Assembly: GCA_951406725.2 (NCBI GenBank)
Contig: OX597824.1
Location: 32,364,001-32,428,000, forward strand
DNA: 64,000 bases
Direction: 5' to 3'
Origin: Octopus vulgaris
Taxonomy: Eukaryota
Shown: piece after piece, positions 1 to 64,000 of the stretch
How positions within the stretch are numbered: the stretch's first letter is position 1
Layout: each line of letters begins with the position of its first letter
Notes under the pieces: generated by a model
The model's input: the letters and a program-made list of their open reading frames with translations, nothing else
Database searches by the model: none
Told to the model about the DNA's origin: nothing
Translations under genes and position numbers: made by a program

Positions 1-130
1 GATGCAACTCATTTTTGCCAGCTGAGTGGACTGGAGCAACATGAAAAGAAGTGTCTTGCTCAAGGACATTTTGCATTGCCAGGAATTGAACTCACGACCA
101 TACAATCATGAACCGAATACCCTAACCTTC
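1..130 (-). mobile_element. tRNA-derived SINE, partial (same family as 45545-45865, 46236-46562, 50925-51190)
   Basis: Shared caactcatttttgccagctgagtggactggagcaac...aagtgtcttgctcaaggaca core and tRNA-like head. Confidence 0.75.
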
Positions 131-2033
131 TAATTCCTGTAGCTAAAAGACACAAAAATATATTAGATGCACTTCAGTTTCAGTAGCGTTATATTCAGGA
201 AAAAAGATATTTAGTGCATTAAAACATGTAATATAGGCCCAACTTAGCATACAGGACCTGCAGCAATTTTTAAAGATTTTTTTTTTGAGAAAAAGAGATT
301 TCTTATACATCATCACATATGGTGTTTGAATTTTCAAATGGATTAGTAACAAAAAAAAAAAGAAAGAAACCCTTTTGATACCAGCCTGGTTGACTGTCTT
401 CGGGTTTATGATATAAAACATCTTGTTGCAGAATATCTATATTTACATTAAAATCTTCCATCATAATTTATATGAGAACCCTTTTTTAAGTTATATTTTT
501 AAATACTATGCAAGCGATGAGATCATCAGCTATTTTAATAAAACTTCTTCAAAATCTTCATTATTATCTAAATTAATTGAAACATTTGCACAACATGTCC
601 CTTAAGAAATATAGCCATGAAGGTCTAAAAACAGAGTTGGACTAAAAATAAATCTAAAAATATTTGAATATTTTGATACATAAAACTGATATAAATTATT
701 ACTTCACTGATATCACACTTTGCTGATATATTTGACTGATATCATAACTGAATTGAATGATATAATTGCTTAAAATTTTGTAAGCAATCTATTTTTATCA
801 ATTCTTAGAGAAGTAGATACCTGAATCAAACTCTTTCAAGATATAGTAGTTAGAAATGTCAACAAGTGTTTCAGAGGTAAAAAAATAAAACAGCAGTTCT
901 ATTGTTATTTACACTGCTTTCCAGACCAATACCAATAAAATTGTTGAGAATTTCTTTGTTGTAAAGATGTTTGATATTGATCCTTACTTACTTCCTTTAA
1001 TAAAATAATAAACAAGCAAAACCTGATCAGGTGTATTGTCCAGTGCAACAGTGATGTGTGATCGATGTAAACATCTGAATAATGGAGAAGAGAGAGAAAG
1101 AAGGAGAGAGAGAAAGGTTAAGAGAGGAAGGGGAAATATAAATAATGATGAGAGTTACATGGGAGAGATGAAAAAGAGATGAGAAAGAAATAGAGAGGGG
1201 AGGAGGAGAAAGACAAGGTGAGAGACAGAGACAGACAAAGAGAGAATGAATGAGAAAGGGCATACATGTTACATGGTTGGAAACTTATTGTAAAATTTTT
1301 ATTTATTTTTATTTCTTCATCATATAACAGATTTATATGAAAAACCTTAGAAATCTGGGCATTCTCCTTCTCTTTGTTGCTGTCATCATCATCATCATCA
1401 TTATTTCATTTTGGTTTTTCATGCAAGCAAGGGTTGAATGGATTATCATAGTTCAAGTAAATCCACATTTTGAGGTTACTGACCATCTCCCCAAGACAGA
1501 GTGGAGGGCCACCTTTTGCTTGTATATTCCATTTTCTTAACATGGTCTCTATTGCATGAGCCCTTTTTGCCCTAACCTCTTTACACACACATCAGAACGA
1601 GGTGCCAATGCATAGTGTCAAAAATCCCAATATTGCCACCAAGACACAGATTCTGCAACAGCTTGGATTTCAAGGGCTCACAGCTCTTCAATATTCACCC
1701 CCAAAATCCTGAGAGTACCTGCATGCTGTGGATACAGGTGTCATCAAAACAGAACTGGATTTCCTCCTGTCAAGAGTTCTGGATGAGCTTACTTCACAGC
1801 AGGAAATACAGATGAGGACTGCAGCATCAAACTCACTTCATTCTCATTCATCAAATTTCATATCAAATTCCACATGTCAGAAGTGGTTTCAAATAGTGAA
1901 GGTGTAGCAATGCTAACAGTGGTGGCCTAACAGGGCTGTAGCTCTTGAGCTGGAACTAGTTAAATTTATTCCAGTACTAAAGACACAGTCATGCTTTTGA
2001 TAAAGTGAAAGTATTCTCTGAGGACTCTATATT

Positions 2034-2425
2034 CATCATCATCATCATCATCGTTAAATGTCCGCTTTCCATGCTAGCATGGGTTGGACGATTCAACTGG
2101 GGTCTGGGAAGCTAGAAGGCTGCACCAGGCCCAGTCTGATCTGGCAGTGTTTCTACGGCTGGATGCCCTTCCTAACGCCAACCACTCCGTGAGTGTAGTA
2201 GGTTCTTTTTACGTGCCACCAGCACAGGTGCCATACGAGGCTGGCAAACGGCCAAGATCGGATGGTGCTTTTTACGTGCCACCGGCACAGAGACCAGACG
2301 AAGCTGGCAACAGCCACGATCGGATGGTGCTTTTTACGTGCCACCAGCACAGAGGCCAGTCAGGGCAGCTCTGGCTACAGCCATGTTCGGACGGTTTTCT
2401 TACGTGCCACAGCTACAAATTCCAT
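2034..2425 (-). mobile_element. SINE-type repeat with RTE-like 3' tail ending in (GAT)n, with internal tandem units
   Basis: gtggttggcgttaggaagggcatccagccgtagaaac...tccaacccatgctagcatggaaagcggac..taaacgatgatg, shared by at least 10 copies in the window. Confidence 0.85.
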
Positions 2426-3326
2426 TGATGTTGATTGATTAAGATTTTGATTTGTCCCTGTTTATACACTGACTATTTTAACTGGGTGTACTGGATACAT
2501 TTTAACATGGCATCACTGCTAGAGAGGCTACTTTTTACCTTACAAGATTAAAGAGTTCTCTTGATTTTACATTCTCTCCTTTCATTCAACTCAAATAAGA
2601 TTGAGTGGGTGAATTGAAGAGTGGGTGATGGTAGAGCGATAGCTATCATGGGAGGGAGAAGGAAGAGTGAGAGAATGAGTAGGGGGGAGAGACTGACAGG
2701 AGCAGAAAATGAGACAGTGATGAGCAGCAATACACGTTGGCTGTTAATGATTAATATTTGAAACCCTAGAATAACAAGTTAAATTAATTAGGTATTAATT
2801 ATGATCATTGATTCACCAGATTAATTTCAAAGCACCCAACACAAAATTCAGCAAATCTAAATACTATAATTAAATAACAACTTTAATAAAACAATTAATT
2901 AATAAAACCACTCAATAAACTTCAAAAATATTTAAAACATTTTTTTCTCAAAAATCTATTTTATTTTGTTTGAAAAGCAAAGAAAATTTTTGGAAAAAAT
3001 CACATTTTTTAAATTTCAACTTTCTTCTTGTTTTGTCATGCAAACTAATAGAGCAAGCACTGAATTCCATTCTACATTGTCTTGTTTTTTTTTTGTTTTT
3101 TTGATACGGCAATAGAAGTAACTGTAGCAGGAACTACACTCTAAAAACAAATATGAGAGCAGATAGCAACAATTGTAAAAAAAAAAATCAACAAAAGTTT
3201 GTAGTAGTAGTAGTAGTTGTAGTAGTAATAGTAGTAGTAGTGGTGCTAGTAGTCATGGAAACAGCAACAGAAGAATTTTTTTTAACTTTATTTTTTTTCT
3301 TATTTCTTACATGCTTTTTGACTTAC

Positions 3327-61411
<58,085 letters not shown>

Positions 61412-62023
61412 CTGTGAATAATATTAACAATATAATTATTTTGTAATTCAGAATTTTAAATAATTATAATAAATTACACTTGGATTCTTTACATCTGGCA
61501 CAAGACTGAAACACATAAGAGAAAAACCATCTGAAATATTTCAGATAAAATACTTGTCTTCAAAAAATTGAAATTGTTTTTACTCTGAAAATTAAATTTC
61601 TATTAACAAAGCTTTTATAAGATATTTTTTGCCATATATTATTCTTATAAAAATTTCCAACTGAGGAAATGTTAAAAGTAATTTTTTTTATTATGGCAGG
61701 AAACTTACTATATATATTTCATATACTTACTATATATTTTATACACTTATTATTTTACCAATATATTTATTAAATGATACGTAATATTAATTATTTCTAA
61801 TATTTTACAAACAAATATTTTGATAAATTGACAAAATGTTTATTAGAAAAATAACTATTGAAATTATTTGATTTTAATCATTTTACAGGATGTATTTGAT
61901 TATAAAATATAATAAATTTGCTTTTAAAAGATATATTTCAATAATGCTTCAGAAATTTCTTGACTTTTATACTTTTATTGAAATAAAATATATTTCTAAC
62001 ATATCTGAAGGCATATATGTATG

Positions 62024-62158
<135 letters not shown>

Positions 62159-62635
62159 ATAGATAGATAGATAGACATATATATATATATATATATATAT
62201 ACATACACATACATACATACGTATTTATGTGAACCTAACAAATAACAAAATAATAAAAACAAACTGGTAAACTAGACATGTTAGTTAATGTTCTAAAAGT
62301 TATAACAAAAAAGTGTTACGAAAGAGGAATTATATTAAACAAGTTAATAAGAAAACAATAAAAATGTTTAACATTTTGTGTTCATACTAAATTCTAGATA
62401 TATATTAATCTAAAATATTTAGAAATTGTTTTAGGAGCTAAATGTTTGGAATAACACTTTCATTTCTACTTGTGAATTTTGCTTAAGAAATATTTGGGAT
62501 TTCTTAACAAAACTTGAGTAGATTATGTTATATAGGAAAATGGTGCGGTGATGAGGAATAGGAGAATATAAGTTATATAACTAAAAATGAAATGCTGAGG
62601 CATTTTGATGTCACTAAACTGATATTTAACTAGGC

Positions 62636-62695
<60 letters not shown>

Positions 62696-62699
62696 CCAG

Positions 62700-62898
62700 T
62701 TCTGTATTTAAGAAATGAGGAATTGTGTACATTATTTACATTATTTACATTTGACGGATATTTGTCCTCATCTTGTTTGCTCTTAACACAACGTTTCGGC
62801 TGACATTACCCTCCAGCCTTCTTCAGGTATCTTGGGGAAATTTCGAACCTGGGTTCTCATTCCTAAGGTATTTTTCGATGTTATTATTATTATTATTA

Positions 62899-62955
<57 letters not shown>

Positions 62956-63095
62956 TCCCTGCCTGGAATCGAACTCAGAATCTTGGGGTTAGTAGCCCGT
63001 GCACTTAACCACTATGCCATATGCTCACGAATTGTGTTAATAACAAGCAAGATGAGGACAAATATCCGTCAAATGTAAATAATGTAAATAATTAT
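62700..63095 (-). mobile_element. tRNA-head/(AAT)n/Penelope-like hammerhead element with inverted partial tail at its 5' side
   Basis: Head 62952-63025 (tggcatagtgg; gttcgattcc), (TTA)n, tail 62700-62878 with ctgaaga-aggctg...cagcc-gaaacgtt; inverted tail piece 63031-63095. Confidence 0.8.
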
Positions 63096-63467
63096 TATTA
63101 TCATTATTATTAAGATGATGGTGGTAGTGGTTGAGGTGATGATGATGATGATGGTGATGAGTTTATATTGTGTAGCTGCTTCTCTGTTTTACCAGTTCCA
63201 GATTATTGCACAGTTGCACAAAATACTAAACTTAGGTTGATGTATAAAGAATTGCAGTTTTGTTAATTTAAACCTGGATACATTTCTTGAATAAACTTTT
63301 ATTTAGATATATGTATTTGGTATAAATTTTAGTCTAATGATTTATGCTAATGATTTTTGCTAATGATTTAGGCTGATAATTTATACTAATGATTTTACTT
63401 TTACAATTTGTTTATATATTTTAGTTTGTCAAATTAAATATGAAGAAAAAAGCAAATTAACAATTTT

Positions 63468-63897
63468 GGGCACCATCCAAGCATGATTGTTGCCAGAGCA
63501 GCTAACTGGCTTCCATGCTGGTGGCACGTAAAAAGCACCATTTGAGCGTGATCATTACCAGCATCGCCTTACTGGCACTTGTGCTGAGGGCACATGAAGA
63601 AACTTTCAAGTGAGGTCACTGCTAATGTCGGTGGACTGGCTCCTGTGCAGGTGGCATGTAAAAACACCATTCGAGCATGACTGTTGCCAGTACTGCCTGA
63701 CTGGCCCTCGTGCCAGTGGCACGTAAAAGCACCCACTACACTTTCAGAGTAGTTAGTGTTAGGAAGGGCATTCAACTGTAGAAACTCTGCTAGATCAAGA
63801 CTGGAGCCTGGTGCAGCCATCTGGTTCGCCAGCCCTCAGTCAAATCGTCCAACCCATGCTAGCATGGAAAGCGGACGTTAAACGATGATGATGATGA
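63468..63897 (+). mobile_element. RTE-tail SINE-type repeat with internal tandem units
   Basis: Same tail as 2034-2425, ending taaacgatgatgatgatg. Confidence 0.85.
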
Positions 63898-64000
63898 TTG
63901 TTTGTGTTTTTTTTTTCCTTGCCTATCATGGGCCCATAGTTCTGGGTACAGTCCCACTGCATGGCACCTTGGGCAAGTGTCTTCTACTATAGCCTCGGGC

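Noticed and set aside
1023-1074. Possible exon after EF-hand 1 (attcag|ATGTTT...GATCAG|gtttt)
   Set aside because: Peptide is unlike the expected EF-hand 2 sequence, and the pyrimidine tract comes from a GA-rich low-complexity run; the true next exon appears to lie outside the window.
2200-2410. Repeat-spacer pattern resembling a CRISPR array
   Set aside because: Eukaryotic intron, spacers homologous to each other, no cas genes; it is an internal SINE tandem repeat.
61493-61505. 13-nt exon-like signal (tttcag|TCTTGTGCCAGAT|gtaaag) on the minus strand
   Set aside because: Not a multiple of 3; it would frameshift a phase-1 intron, and homologs suggest a direct D-VM junction.
63193-63225. 33-nt AG/GT-bounded segment (YFVQLCNNLEL in phase 0)
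   Set aside because: The host intron is phase 1, in which the segment contains a stop; no RyR similarity.

Overview
AT-rich, microsatellite- and SINE-dense animal genomic DNA. The repeat families and style point to a coleoid cephalopod, most likely Octopus (inference). The whole window lies inside one minus-strand ryanodine receptor (RyR) gene. I assembled 22 constitutive exons (61411 down to 15002) by hand; all have GT-AG boundaries with matching phases. With one EF-hand exon they give about 860 codons, from the bridging solenoid through the calmodulin-binding helix and the RIH-associated/central domain to EF-hand 1. Both gene ends lie outside the window. Highlights: (1) two paralogous 80-nt exons (8750-8829 and 3327-3406) each encode a different canonical EF-hand 1 and look mutually exclusive; (2) candidate in-frame microexons (21 nt IKLDRLK, 15 nt WKFNQ) sit in a repeat-depleted part of the 19.9-kb intron, at the position where vertebrate RyR2 has an optional 8-residue insert; (3) a tRNA-headed SINE-like family carries a Penelope-type minimal hammerhead ribozyme, with a compensatory stem change between copies; (4) several long fold-back elements would form dsRNA in the pre-mRNA. 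The introns also hold gypsy, mariner, R4/Dong, RTE and CR1/Jockey-like fragments and a piggyBac-type MITE. Most ORFs in the supplied track are microsatellite artefacts.
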